Shown here: positions 19,353-30,800 of the stretch, one piece after another
How the letters are laid out: every line of letters starts with the position of its first letter
How positions within the stretch are numbered: the first letter of the stretch is position 1
Source of the DNA: Methanobacteriota archaeon
GTDB taxonomy: Archaea; Thermoplasmatota; Poseidoniia; Poseidoniales; Thalassarchaeaceae
Length of the DNA: 64,000 nucleotides
Reading direction: 5' to 3'
NCBI GenBank assembly: GCA_002722735.1
Contig: PBMR01000015.1
Span: 33,673 to 97,672 of the forward strand
Made by a program: the position numbers and the translations under genes
The notes under the pieces: model-generated
Database searches by the model: none
What the model saw: only the letters and a program-made list of their open reading frames with translations
Told to the model about the DNA's origin: nothing

Positions 19353-22295
19353 ATGCAATGCCGCCAACCGAACTCTGATCATATGAGCAGGGGCATCACA
19401 GACTGGAGTCGATTCGAACGACTGACCCCCTTCAAGGTCACAGAGGTTCTCCTGGTGGCCAGTCAGTTCGACCGCTACCTCCTGGAAGAATCTGGCTATC
19501 TAGCAGAGATCCTGCAAGAGGAGTACTCGGTGCTGAACCTATCCCAGGCACCTAGAATCATCCATAGCCCTGATGCTGATGATGCCCTGAGCCTCATCGC
19601 CATTCGCAACTTCGAGTTGGTAATCACCATGACGAAAGTAGGATCGATGGACGCCTATACCTTTGCCAGGCTGGTTAAGGGGCATCATGTGGACTTGCCA
19701 GTGGTGATGCTGAGCCATAACACAAGGGAGTTGGCCACCCTCAGAACCGGTGATGGAATTGACAGGATTTTTGTTTGGGGAGGTGATAGTAGAATCCTAC
19801 TCGCGATTTGCAAGTTGATCGAGGATGAGAGGAATGTGGAGAACGACGTCAGGGACGGTGATGTTCAGGTAATTCTACTCGTCGAGGACAGCAGGAGGTT
19901 CTACTCAGCCTACCTGCCGCTCCTCTACACTCAACTGGTGCGGCAGACGACGAAGCTCATGGGGGAGGGGGGAAACTTCCATGAGAAGCTACTGAGGTTG
20001 AGGGCCCGGGCAAAGATCCTGCTCGCTTCGGACATGACGGCAGCCAAGGAAATAATTGACAAGTACTCAAGGAACATCATCGGAGTCTTCACCGATGGTA
20101 GATTTCCTAACCAAGGTGGTGAGAGAGACACTGCGGGCCTGGAGTTGATTCGTTATGCCCAGAGCGGTCATAGGTACCTCCCAATACTGCTGCAATCAAA
20201 GAATCTCGAGCTGAAGGAAGCAGTAGAGGAACTAGGTGTTCGTTTCCTCCACAAGGAAGATTCTTCTTTGTACCAGAGAATAGAGGAGTTCATGCTCGAG
20301 GAGATGGGTTTCGGCGATTTCATTTTCAGGATGGCCGATGGGACTGAGATTTGCAGATCATCGAATCTAGAGGAGTTCATTGCCGGGGTGGGGAAGGTAC
20401 CGATTGAGTCCATAGAGTTCCATGCGACGAGAAACGAATTCTCCCATTGGCTCCGTGCGCGAACCGAATTCTCGCTCGCAGCCTCCATCAGGCCGATGAC
20501 CCTGGATGATTTCGAGAGCTCAGAAGATGTGCGGGAGTACATATCTGGATTGATAAAATCCCATATTTCCAATGTCAGGAAGAAAACGATTAGGGATCAC
20601 GAATCTGGTTTAAGCGAGGTTGGTTTCCAGAGAATTGGACGAGGGAGCCTAGGGGGGAAGGGACGGGGCCTCGCGTTCGTCTACACGAAGATGGAGGAGT
20701 TGGGGCTAGGTGATGAGTTTCCAGACGTTGACTTCATTGTCCCAAACTCGGTAGTCATTGCCACGGGGGTCTTCGATGATTTCGTGGCTAGGAACGAACT
20801 GGCTAGATACGCTCATGAGGACAGATCCGATGATGAGGTGAATCGGGCATTCCTGAGTAGTCAATTCGGAGAGGTTGAAATCAATGAGATTAGGGGGGTG
20901 CTGGAGAATTCAGAATGGCCGCTGGCAGTGCGATCATCGAGCTTGCTCGAAGATTCCAGTCACCAACCCTTTGCGGGGGTGTACGCGACACACATGCTCG
21001 CGAATGATCATACTGACCTCGAGGTCAGACTCAAGCGACTGCTTGAAGCTGTTAAGTTGGTATACGCATCGATCTTTCACATGAGTGCCAAGAAATACGT
21101 CACGGCCACTGCCAACACCATTGAGGACGAGAAGATGGCAGTGGTTATTCAGGAGGTCATAGGGAAGGAGGTTTCGGGTCGCTTCTACCCCGAAATCTCC
21201 GGGACGGCAAGGAGCCGCAACCACTATCCAGTCGATCCTCTCAGAATGGAGGACGGACTGGCTGCCGTCTGCATCGGTCTTGGCAGGCAGGTCTCCTCAG
21301 GAGGCAAGTGCCTGAGATTCAGTCCAGGGCAGCCCAAGAGGGTTCACCAGTTCTACAACACCCAGTCGATTATCAATACCTCACAGAGTCGCTTCTTCGC
21401 CATTCCGATGGTTCAGGAATCGGGGCCGGTGCTCGCTGCTGAGGAGGAGAATCTTCTGCATCTGGGTTTATGTTCTGCAGAGGAGGACGGGGAGCTCTCC
21501 CTTGTCGGCTCCACTTACATCACTGCTGACGACCGGATCGTGGACTCGATCAAGGTCGAAGGGGGGCCAAGGCTAGTCACCTTCGCGCCGATCCTCAAGC
21601 ACCAGCGTTTTCCCCTCCCTCGCATTCTGCACCACGTGCTCATGACGTGCGAGAACTTCTTGGGCTCGCCCGTCGAACTGGAATTCGCCCTTACAGTCAA
21701 TCCCGAAGACGGGAGGCGCAAGTTCGCCATCTTACAAGTCAGGCCACTGATGGATGAATCGGTTGACATCGACATTGACTTGAACGAGGTCGACAAGGAC
21801 AAGGCTGTCTGCATCAGCAGCAAGTCACTGGGAAACGGCATCATCGACCATATTGTAGACGTCGTTTACGTGCACCCAAAGCGTATGAACAGGATGAAGA
21901 CGATGGATCTCATACCCATAATCGAAGAGATCGATGCCGGTCTCCGATCGGAGGACCGCCCCTACATTCTGATTGGACCAGGGCGTTGGGGGTCATCTGA
22001 CCCATCGTTGGGCATTCCCGTGCAATGGAACCAGATAATGGGGGCCAGGACCATCGTCGAGGTTCCTATGGATGACATTCGCGTGGAACCGTCCCAGGGC
22101 ACCCACTTCTTCCAGAACATCGTGACCTTCAACATAGGCTACCTGACCATCCTCGAGGGCGATCTGGTCGATTGGGAATGGCTCGATGGCACCGAGGCCT
22201 TGAGGGAGGAGAATGGACTACGTCACGTGAGACTAGGCTCGCCATTGAAGGTAGTCCTGGACAGTAGGGACTCCGAGGCCATTGTAATTAGATGA
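19353..22295 (+). CDS. Signal-transduction protein: two receiver-like (CheY-like) domains fused to a PEP-utilising-enzyme N-terminal ATP-grasp (PPDK_N / PEP synthase-like nucleotide-binding) domain
   Basis: The N-terminal 380 aa has REC-like alternating beta/alpha segments (VILLVEDSRRFYSAYLPLL...; GVFTDGRFP). The middle region matches the PPDK_N fold family (SLGGKGRGLAFVYTKMEELGL..., VRSSSLLEDSSHQPFAGVYATH..., VVIQEVIGKEVSGRFYPEISG). No phosphohistidine swivel-domain motif is seen. Confidence 0.6.
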   Translation: MQCRQPNSDHMSRGITDWSRFERLTPFKVTEVLLVASQFDRYLLEESGYLAEILQEEYSVLNLSQAPRIIHSPDADDALSLIAIRNFELVITMTKVGSMDAYTFARLVKGHHVDLPVVMLSHNTRELATLRTGDGIDRIFVWGGDSRILLAICKLIEDERNVENDVRDGDVQVILLVEDSRRFYSAYLPLLYTQLVRQTTKLMGEGGNFHEKLLRLRARAKILLASDMTAAKEIIDKYSRNIIGVFTDGRFPNQGGERDTAGLELIRYAQSGHRYLPILLQSKNLELKEAVEELGVRFLHKEDSSLYQRIEEFMLEEMGFGDFIFRMADGTEICRSSNLEEFIAGVGKVPIESIEFHATRNEFSHWLRARTEFSLAASIRPMTLDDFESSEDVREYISGLIKSHISNVRKKTIRDHESGLSEVGFQRIGRGSLGGKGRGLAFVYTKMEELGLGDEFPDVDFIVPNSVVIATGVFDDFVARNELARYAHEDRSDDEVNRAFLSSQFGEVEINEIRGVLENSEWPLAVRSSSLLEDSSHQPFAGVYATHMLANDHTDLEVRLKRLLEAVKLVYASIFHMSAKKYVTATANTIEDEKMAVVIQEVIGKEVSGRFYPEISGTARSRNHYPVDPLRMEDGLAAVCIGLGRQVSSGGKCLRFSPGQPKRVHQFYNTQSIINTSQSRFFAIPMVQESGPVLAAEEENLLHLGLCSAEEDGELSLVGSTYITADDRIVDSIKVEGGPRLVTFAPILKHQRFPLPRILHHVLMTCENFLGSPVELEFALTVNPEDGRRKFAILQVRPLMDESVDIDIDLNEVDKDKAVCISSKSLGNGIIDHIVDVVYVHPKRMNRMKTMDLIPIIEEIDAGLRSEDRPYILIGPGRWGSSDPSLGIPVQWNQIMGARTIVEVPMDDIRVEPSQGTHFFQNIVTFNIGYLTILEGDLVDWEWLDGTEALREENGLRHVRLGSPLKVVLDSRDSEAIVIR

Positions 22296-22335
22296 GGCCA
22301 ATCTTCTTGGTGGTTCTATTTGCAGGGGGGTTTCC

Positions 22336-24342
22336 ATGTCAGTTGGGAGCGAAGTCGAGGCACGACTATTCTTCGCCCATGAAAAGATTAGGGATTCGCA
22401 GAAAAAGATGGTCTCTGATGGGATAATTGCACTCCAAGAAGGAGTTTCCCTTTTGGCTGCGGCCCCAACGGGAATAGGGAAGACCGCCGCGGCACTCGCA
22501 TCTGCATTTGAAGTCACGAATTTCTACAACGCCAATCCAGAGGTTCCGAAGATCCTATTCATGACAGGGAGGCAATCACAGCACAGAATCGTTGTCGAAA
22601 CTGTGAGGCTAATCAACTCCAATCTCCCATCCGGAAACCCGAGAATCAGACTAGTGGATATAATCGGGAGGGAAGGTATGTGTGATAGCGTAAACAAATC
22701 TACCGGCGAATGCACCTGCGAAGAGGGTATTGTTGAACCTGCTCGGAAAGGTAGGAGAGCAGACTTGGAGGATTTCATCCTAGAAGAACCAAGACATGTT
22801 GACCGGGTGATCAAAGAGGGAGTTGCTAGGGGAATTTGTGCTTGGGCGACAGCGAGATCGGCAGTCAGAAGAGCGGACATTCTTGTCTGCGACTACAACC
22901 ACGTCTTCGTGGAGGAAGTCCGGGAAAATTCGCTTCCCGTGATGAGTGTGGATTTGGATAACGCGATTCTCGTGGTAGACGAAGCCCACAACCTACCAGA
23001 CAGAATCCGACTTGGTTTGGAGAGGATTGTTACGACAGAAGTGTTCAGAAGAGCAAGAATTGACGTTAACGCGCACAAGGAAAACCTTGAGGAGTCGACA
23101 AAGAAGCTTGACTTGCCGGCATCCAAAAGCCATAGTGATGCATTACTCCTGGAGAAGCAGGTCAAGGCATTGGAGGACGACTCCGCATTGAGCACGTGGT
23201 TCTCGGAGAAGACCGCTGAGAATGAAGCATCCAAGGTTGGTGATCTGAGAATAGATACTGGTGAGTTCCTCGGAGTCATTGCGAGAGCGATAGAAGGCAT
23301 CGAGGAAAATGGTCCTGAAGATGGGATTGCCAGAATAAAGAGAATGAACAGTAGGCTGCTTTCGGTTGTGGTTGATGAGGATGATTCTATAGAGGAGGAC
23401 GGGCAAAACGACTGTATCAGGCTGGCAGAGTTTCTGGATATCTGCATCAAGTACAGGGATAGTCCTGCCCTGTCTCTGATTTTCGATAACGTTCTGGAAG
23501 TCCCACGGGTGATTAGTCATCTGCTTGACCCAAGTGTTGTTGGTGGACCGATATTCAAGCAGTGCGCAGGCTCAATTCTAATGTCTGGAACCCTATTTCC
23601 TCCAGTCATGTACTCGGACATCCTAGGGATCCCCGAAGATAAAGCGATGTGCAAAGAGTACTATTCCGGATTCCCCCCTGATAACAGGCCGGTTTTTATT
23701 GCAAGAGACGTGACTAGCAAGTTCACAGAGAGGGAGGGAAGCTACTCCTCCATTCGCGACCACATTAGATCCGTACTGGAGAAGACGGATGGAAACGTAG
23801 CGGTTTTCGCCCCTAGCTATGCGATGTTGGATAGGATTTATGCAGACATTGACTATACGTTCGGTAAGCAGAGGTTTCGTGAGGAGAGGGGGATGAGCAA
23901 GAGATCGGTCGATGGTACGGTAGGAAGGCTGCATGAGTTGAAATCCATGGGGTTTGGAGCGGTATTATTTGGCGTATTGAGTGGTAAGTTCTCAGAGGGT
24001 GTTGACTATGCAGAAAATGTCCTTGATGCTGTGGTTTGCATAGGCCTCCCCCTACCCCCACCAAGTGCTAGGCAGGACGCCTTGCTAGAGTACTACGCTG
24101 GGCGCTTCGGGAGGTCGAAGGCATGGAAATATGCGAGTCTACAACCAGCGGTAAACAGTATCATGCAGGCTTTGGGTAGGCCGATTCGTAAGAGGGAGGA
24201 TAAGGCCATCATAGTACTACTGGAGAAGCGATTGCTTGAGAGGAGAGTCAGAGATTGCTTGCCCAAGTCTATGCACACTCGACAAACCACCAGCCCGTCC
24301 AGGACCTCCAAGCACGTAGAGCGCTTCTTCGAGATGTCATAA
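22336..24342 (+). CDS. xpd: ATP-dependent DNA helicase, XPD/Rad3 (DinG) family, with 4Fe-4S domain
   Basis: Walker A AAAPTGIGKTAAAL; DEAH box VVDEAHNL; four Cys in the FeS insertion (GMCDSV, GECTCEEG, GICAWATA); C-terminal helicase motifs (VLFGVLSGKFSEGVDY, GRPIRK). Confidence 0.8.
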   Translation: MSVGSEVEARLFFAHEKIRDSQKKMVSDGIIALQEGVSLLAAAPTGIGKTAAALASAFEVTNFYNANPEVPKILFMTGRQSQHRIVVETVRLINSNLPSGNPRIRLVDIIGREGMCDSVNKSTGECTCEEGIVEPARKGRRADLEDFILEEPRHVDRVIKEGVARGICAWATARSAVRRADILVCDYNHVFVEEVRENSLPVMSVDLDNAILVVDEAHNLPDRIRLGLERIVTTEVFRRARIDVNAHKENLEESTKKLDLPASKSHSDALLLEKQVKALEDDSALSTWFSEKTAENEASKVGDLRIDTGEFLGVIARAIEGIEENGPEDGIARIKRMNSRLLSVVVDEDDSIEEDGQNDCIRLAEFLDICIKYRDSPALSLIFDNVLEVPRVISHLLDPSVVGGPIFKQCAGSILMSGTLFPPVMYSDILGIPEDKAMCKEYYSGFPPDNRPVFIARDVTSKFTEREGSYSSIRDHIRSVLEKTDGNVAVFAPSYAMLDRIYADIDYTFGKQRFREERGMSKRSVDGTVGRLHELKSMGFGAVLFGVLSGKFSEGVDYAENVLDAVVCIGLPLPPPSARQDALLEYYAGRFGRSKAWKYASLQPAVNSIMQALGRPIRKREDKAIIVLLEKRLLERRVRDCLPKSMHTRQTTSPSRTSKHVERFFEMS

Positions 24343-24368
24343 TCAATGGGTTCATTCGGGTCCGTTCG

Positions 24369-24863
24369 ATGCATCGCTCCATGGTACGGTGGTCGAGAGT
24401 CGAGGTCGAGGTAGATGTCGACGATGAGGAAGGGGGTGTCAGCATGGATTCTCCCGGAACAGGGTTGGATGCGGACGCTCAGCAGATGCATGAGTTATTC
24501 CTTGGGGGACTGCCACACCTCTCCGAAGTTCAAGACCGTCATGCAGAGATCCTGGACGGAGTTTCCAACGCGGTAGACGGGACGAAGACATTCGTTAGGG
24601 CCGCGGTTCCGATGGGGGACTTCCTAGCAGAGTTAGGAGGGGCGTGGTCAGGCTCAGAGGCAGTAGTCCCCCTTCCCTCTTCCCTCCCAGGGGGAGTGGT
24701 CATTGAGACACTCATGGAAGAGGGGGTGCAAGTGGCACGCCTCATCTCGCCAGAGAGATTCGGCGGGATGCTCAGGACCTTCAGACTCCCCTTGGGCAAG
24801 ACCATTGCAGGAGCGACCTGGGAAGATGGTGTCCTGACCATCAGGATGAGTCAGCCTCGCTAA
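24369..24863 (+). CDS. Small heat-shock protein (Hsp20/alpha-crystallin family)
   Basis: C-terminal ATWEDGVLTIRM matches the conserved A-x-x-x-nGVLtv motif of the alpha-crystallin domain. Start moved to the internal ATG after the XPD stop; the track ORF start overlaps xpd. Confidence 0.65.
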   Translation: MHRSMVRWSRVEVEVDVDDEEGGVSMDSPGTGLDADAQQMHELFLGGLPHLSEVQDRHAEILDGVSNAVDGTKTFVRAAVPMGDFLAELGGAWSGSEAVVPLPSSLPGGVVIETLMEEGVQVARLISPERFGGMLRTFRLPLGKTIAGATWEDGVLTIRMSQPR

Positions 24864-27800
24864 GCCTCGGCCTCAATGGCCTTGGTGCTTCTTTGGGGGA
24901 TTTCTTGCAACTCCTCGATTTCCCGTAGAACCGAAGCTAGAGCGATCTTGGCATTCTCCCTATGATCCCCCCCAAGCTCGTGGCTAGAGTACCGCGCCTC
25001 CTCAAAAATCCGGTCGAGCGAGATTAGCGAGGACTCACTGATTGGCAGTGCATTGCGAATCGCGATTTCGAATTCCCTCACGGTCTCGAAATCCCTGCGG
25101 AGGAAGCCACTGCGCATCAGTACGGCGCACAGTTTCTGGTAGCATTCGAAGATTGCCTTCCTGAATTCGTCTCCCGATGCGAGCACGTCGGCAGTGTAAC
25201 TGAAGACGTCGGCGAGTTCCTTGATTGCCGTCTTGCGACGATGAGAAAGCACGACGAAGACCGAGGTAATCAAGACAGCGATGACCAATATAGAGACTAA
25301 GCCAAACACGACCGGGCCGAAGAAGGGGTCAGAGGAGTCCTCCTCATACCCTATTTGGACCCCCTCCCTAGGCAGATAGGCCAGGCTTCGAGCATCGATG
25401 AAATCAGAGTCCGAGTCCAGCATGACACTGAGCCTTCCCCACGAGGAGATGTCCGAGAGCGGAGGAAGGGGGGAGAGTGCCTTGAATTCGTACTCGAAGG
25501 TCCCCTCGGCATCAGTGAGGCGAGACATGGAGAAGTGAGAAGTGGTGCCATTCTGCAGCATAGCGATCATGGAAAGGCCCTCCACGGGTGAACCCGTGTC
25601 CCTAGCAGTGACATTGACAATCCCCCGTATCACCCTCTGACCGGTGGATAGTTCGATGCTGGATAAGGTGAAGTCGACCTCTATCACGACCGTGATTTCG
25701 ATATCCTTGGAGGCACCGTTTAGGAATCTCGACTGATCGGGCCCAATCTTGATGGTCACGATATTCTTGCCTGGGGGCATGAGCTCTTGCGCCTTTGCCT
25801 TCATCTGGAAGTTCATGGTGTTCGGATTGTCCCAGGGCCCCGTCTGGAGGGGGAGGGCGCTCTCACCCCATGAGAGGCTGATGGTAAGGTTCTCGAAGAT
25901 GCTCGAGTCGCCACCGATCTCCCTGACAAAGCCTTGAATGAGGATCGAGTGGGAGATGTTGCCCCTGATTATCTTCGAGGTGATGGGTTGGACCTCGATC
26001 AGCACGTCAGAGAGTGCGAAGACAGTCAGGTTGGCCTCGGTGGGGAGATAGAGGAACTCGCCCCCATATGAGAAGCTAATATTGTGACTCCCTCTTGGGA
26101 TGGCATACCCCAAGCTGTGACTGTAGTTGAACAGGCCACCCAACTCGGTGAAGACAGTCCCAACGACAATCCCGTCAAGAAGGACGGATACTTCTCTGTC
26201 ATCCAATCCCAGCTCGTAACCGGTGTCGCCCTCGTACAAGCGCCCAGAGAAGTTCCATTCGGACCCCCTAGTGGCTGACAATTCTTCGGTTTGGGCGCTG
26301 ATCACGGTGTGGTATGAGATAGTGAGGGTGGCTTCCACGTTGCCCTGCCTGTGGTACCCCTGGGCTGGAGCAATGACAGACAAAGTGTGGTTTCCAATAT
26401 CGAGGGAATCGGGGATTACCCATGGAAATGACCAATGGCCGTTATCACCGGTACTGGTGATGCCAATTAGAATTCCATCAAGGAATATCTCGATTGTGTG
26501 GTTCCCCAGCCAGCCTTCCTCAAGGTTGTCTTTGGCCGTTCCACGGAGGATTATGGTATCGTCCACTGCAGCGAGAGGAGGGTCCACAATGGAGATGAAC
26601 ACGGGGCCAAAGACAGTTATGACGGTGGATGAGTTGGATGACAGGACGAATTCCTCTCCGGCGAATTCGATTTCCACAATCCTATGGCCGAGAGGCATAT
26701 CAGGTGGCACTGGCATATAGACGCTGAACGAACCGTTGCCACCGACTTCCAGTCCAGTCATGAACTGGCCACCAACGGAGACTTCTATGCCCCTATCCGC
26801 CAAACCCCTGCCAACACCGTCTGTCAAGAGTCCTTGTATGAGAACTAGATCGGAACGATCGACTTCACCAGGAGAGGAGGTAATGATGACCTGGGATGTC
26901 TGGGTGACATTGAACCCGATGCTATTTGACGAAGGGAGATAGAACTCAGGGTTGAGTGAGTCCCCCTGCCCCATTGGATCGGCCCAAGTGAAGCCTCCGA
27001 GGAAGACAACACCCACTTGGTGAGACCCGAAGTACATGTCGAGAGGAAGGTCGTATGTTATCATCCAATGCCCATTGGTCGCATTGGAAATCGTAGTGTA
27101 AGTCGGTCCAACATCTGCCCCATCAATCGAGAGGTGGATGACCCCCCCAGCGAGAGTGCCATCCTCCAGCAACGGCTGGCCCCTCTCATCGAGCAGGGTG
27201 CCACTGAAGGTCACAGAATTCCCAACAATGGAGGGGTGGGTCGTTCCTGTAATCCTGAGTTCGCTCGGAACGAGGATGATTACGCGGGTCCAGACCTCGT
27301 CTCCAAGAAGTCCGGTAGTTCCGTTGACTCCAGTGAAGATGGCCGTCACAGTCATGGGACCCGGGTTACGGTCAGAATCAACGAGAAGTTCCGCAGAAGC
27401 ATTTCCATCGGGGTCCGTAATGCCATTCCACACTGGAGCGCCATCTATCTGCATTGTCAGTTGTGCAGACTGAACAGGGTTTCCAGCATTATCAATCAAA
27501 GACAATACGATGTTCACCCGATCCCCTCTGAGCGTCCTGCTGTCAGGATCGAGGTCTGTAGGATCGTCAATTGAGAGCAAGGAGAAACCCCGGCTGTCGA
27601 AGAGTGCTAATTCGGTTGCTGTGGTGTAGTAACTGACCTCGGGCGTGAATAACACGATGATACCGTGCGAACCACGGGGGAACGAGAGGTCCAGCCTGAG
27701 AAGAGCGCTCCAGTTCCCATCTGGTTCGTAGTTGAGTTGAGATACCGTGAAGGTATCTGTCTCGCCATCGATAGAGAATGTCAGAGTGGGATTGAGCAGG

Positions 27801-30800
27801 TTTCCCGTCCTGTCCGTGAGTGCGCTACCATTGCTGGAAACCAAAGATCCCGTGACGTTGAAGAACTCACCTGCAAGAGGATTGTCAATAATCGGATTGA
27901 TGGCCATGATGGCAGGTGATCTGACCGTAATAGTGCTAATCGTCCTGATTGTAGCGTGAAGGTCCTCTGAGCCGTTGAAGAACAAAGAAACGTTCACAAC
28001 ACCCAGAGGATGGTTGTGCGGAATATCGAATTCAAAGGCTATGCTGCCATCCCCTGAAGATAATTCCTGCTCCATCCAAGTGTCGTGGAACTTGGCTGAG
28101 ACGGAGAATCCGGATAATGCTTCGTCATTGTCACTGAACTCGACGAGGCGGGATGTGATGGTGGCCGTATCCCCCCTGTTGACGACGGTGACTAGGAAGG
28201 GGGTCGTGCCGACGAACTGGGGGATTCCCCTCACGAGAATCGAGGCATCACCGGTCCCAGTCAGGTAAAAGGGGGTTGTCCCGTTCAAGACACTCACCAC
28301 GACTGTACGCATTCCCTTGGTCACTCCATCGCCCAGGGTGTCTGTGGGTACGGAGAAGTTGAAGCTACCATTGCTGTCTGTCGTATGGTTCTCGATAAGT
28401 ATCTCTTCTGGTTGGTCGAGGAAGAAGACCTCGAGTCCCACTGGTCCTTCGACGGTCCTGTTCGAATCGATTGAGTCGAGGACTGTTCCTGCGATGGTGA
28501 AGTAATGCAGGGCAGTAACTTCGGTTGGAATACTACTGATCTCAACGAAGCTCGGGACCTGGACTGTTAGGTTGACGTTGCTATGGTTGCCAAGCCAGCG
28601 TCCGGCACTCTCAACACTTAAGTTATCAGAGAGATCATCTGGAGCATGGATTCTGACTTCGTAGAAGCCTGGTGCGATCGAAGAGGGGATTGTGGGGCTA
28701 AACGCAGCCACGCCGCCCGAACCCGTGATGGCAGAATCGAGTATCTGCTGGAGAGGCCCCCCCCAGTCGAAGTAAAGGTCGAGGTCCACGCCTGCAATGG
28801 CCTTTCCCTCATCTTCCACATCTGTGACAGTAGCGTTTACGATTAGATCGTCCCCTGCGACTAGAATGACCGCACTGGGCTCAGTTGTGACCACGAATTC
28901 TGATTGTATCCCCCCAGGGATCTCAGTGCCGTCGGAGATGGCGAAGTAGTGCCCACCAGGAGGGGGGTTGACAGTGAAGTCCAGCTTTATCCTTAATGTG
29001 TAGACCCCCGAAGCGACCCCGCTCGGCATCTCGAAGGATAGGTTGTAGCCGCCGGTCGCGGTATTCACCCACCCAGTGGCCAGAGGGTAGATGTCTGGAG
29101 CGGCAGGAAATCCATCGGGTGCCGGGGGCAGGCTCGAGGGGACCTCGAGTCTCAAGGTTACAGAAGAGTTGTTTCCGGTGACGGTCGAGAAGAGTACCAT
29201 GTCTCTGACGAATCCGGAGACCCGGTTGGTGCTGCCTCTGGGAGTCCAATCCAAGTCAATGGAGGCGCTGACGTTCGCCAAGCCCATAATCCGAATAGTA
29301 TCCTGGACTGAAGTCGGTTGCAACCACGTTGACCCGGAGTAGTTCATGACCCAATCATAGTCCCCGGCCTCCAACTCTCGGTCTGGCGTCCAAGCGACGG
29401 CGAGTCTCGGTGAACTTGGGTCGGTCACGTTCCATACCCCAGTCCCATCGAAATCGAGGTTGTAGCCCCCCTCAAACGAGGCGAAGGAACTCCCCGTGTG
29501 ATCTGTGAGGATGACTTCAACCTCTGCTGAAACCCCGCGCGGCTTGGATACCAAAGTGTAATTGAATTCAACAAAGCTCCTGATTCCGTAATCTGACAAC
29601 TGAACTTGGTCATTGGCGAAAAGACCATCAGCGTCGAACTGAATCCGTATTTCCACTGGCCCTGCAGGAATTGGCACCTCTGCAGCAGAGAAGCTCCAAT
29701 TGACGACGAACTCACCAGATGACAGGGGGTCCCAAGATGTATCGTTCATTTGCCAAGTGTGCAGAGTAGTGTACGGGCCTGAGATATCCAGTCTCCTCAT
29801 TTCCAGAATCAGAGTGCCGTTCAGTGTAGTTGGGTTTACGCCCCTGCTCAGAACGGTGCCGTTGAGGAAGATGGGGTTATCAATTTCGAGGACGGAGTTA
29901 TTGGAGCCCAAGGCCTCGAGTGTGACGGACAGGTTCGGAGATAGAGTGATGTTAAACTGCAGGGAAATGGAACCGGGTCTCGCATGGTAGGATGGAGGTG
30001 TGGCGTTGTTCATATCGTCCTCGTGCCAACCCGAAAAGCTGATTGAGGCATTAATCAGGCCCAGTGGCTCAGATTCAGCGATTGGGACTGAGAACTCATA
30101 GTACCCGCCTCCAGCCACAATTGTGGTGAGATTTACCTCGCCTTCGTTCACGGTAACATAGTTGAGGACTATTTGGAGGTCATCGACCTGGGACGGATCC
30201 AGTTTGGGAATACTGGACCAAGACAATTGCCCAATGATGGTGGTGTTTACCCCAATTCCTAGCATTGGCTGTTCTAGTGGGGGGGGTTCCGAGATCGAAA
30301 GCGCCACATTATCAGTGATGTTGATGAGCCACGGGAACGTGACCCCTTGCGTACCAACATAACCCTGCTCCGTGGTTTGAATCACCAGAGAACCGTAACC
30401 AGGCCGTATGGCTTGTGGGGGCAGGCCACTGAGGTTGAAGTTGCCGTTCTCATCGGTCATGGCAGTTGCAACCAAGTGATTGCTGGCAGCAGAGCGTCCC
30501 GGAATGTCGTCGGCATTGTCGGGGTCTACAAGGTACATGGAAATGGAGAGATTCTCGACAGCAGTCGAGTTGTCTACAAACTGCAAAGTCCCCTCAACCC
30601 AGATAGTCTCGGAGATTGAAATGTTCCTATCTATCGCACTCGGGCCCCAAGTCTCGTTGACAGCCTCAATCAGGGACATCGGTGGGCAGGCCTCGAATGG
30701 AACCCAACCAAGGTCCAAATCGCCCTGGTTCTGATTGGTTTGAAGGTGAACCTCCACCCAGCGGGAGAAGTCCTTGCCGAAGACAGCGAAAGAATCTCCG

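Noticed and set aside
24255-24368. N-terminal 38 residues of the Hsp20 track ORF overlapping the end of xpd
   Set aside because: The overlap with the helicase C-terminus is in a different frame. An internal ATG just after the xpd stop gives a normal-length Hsp20 of about 165 aa.
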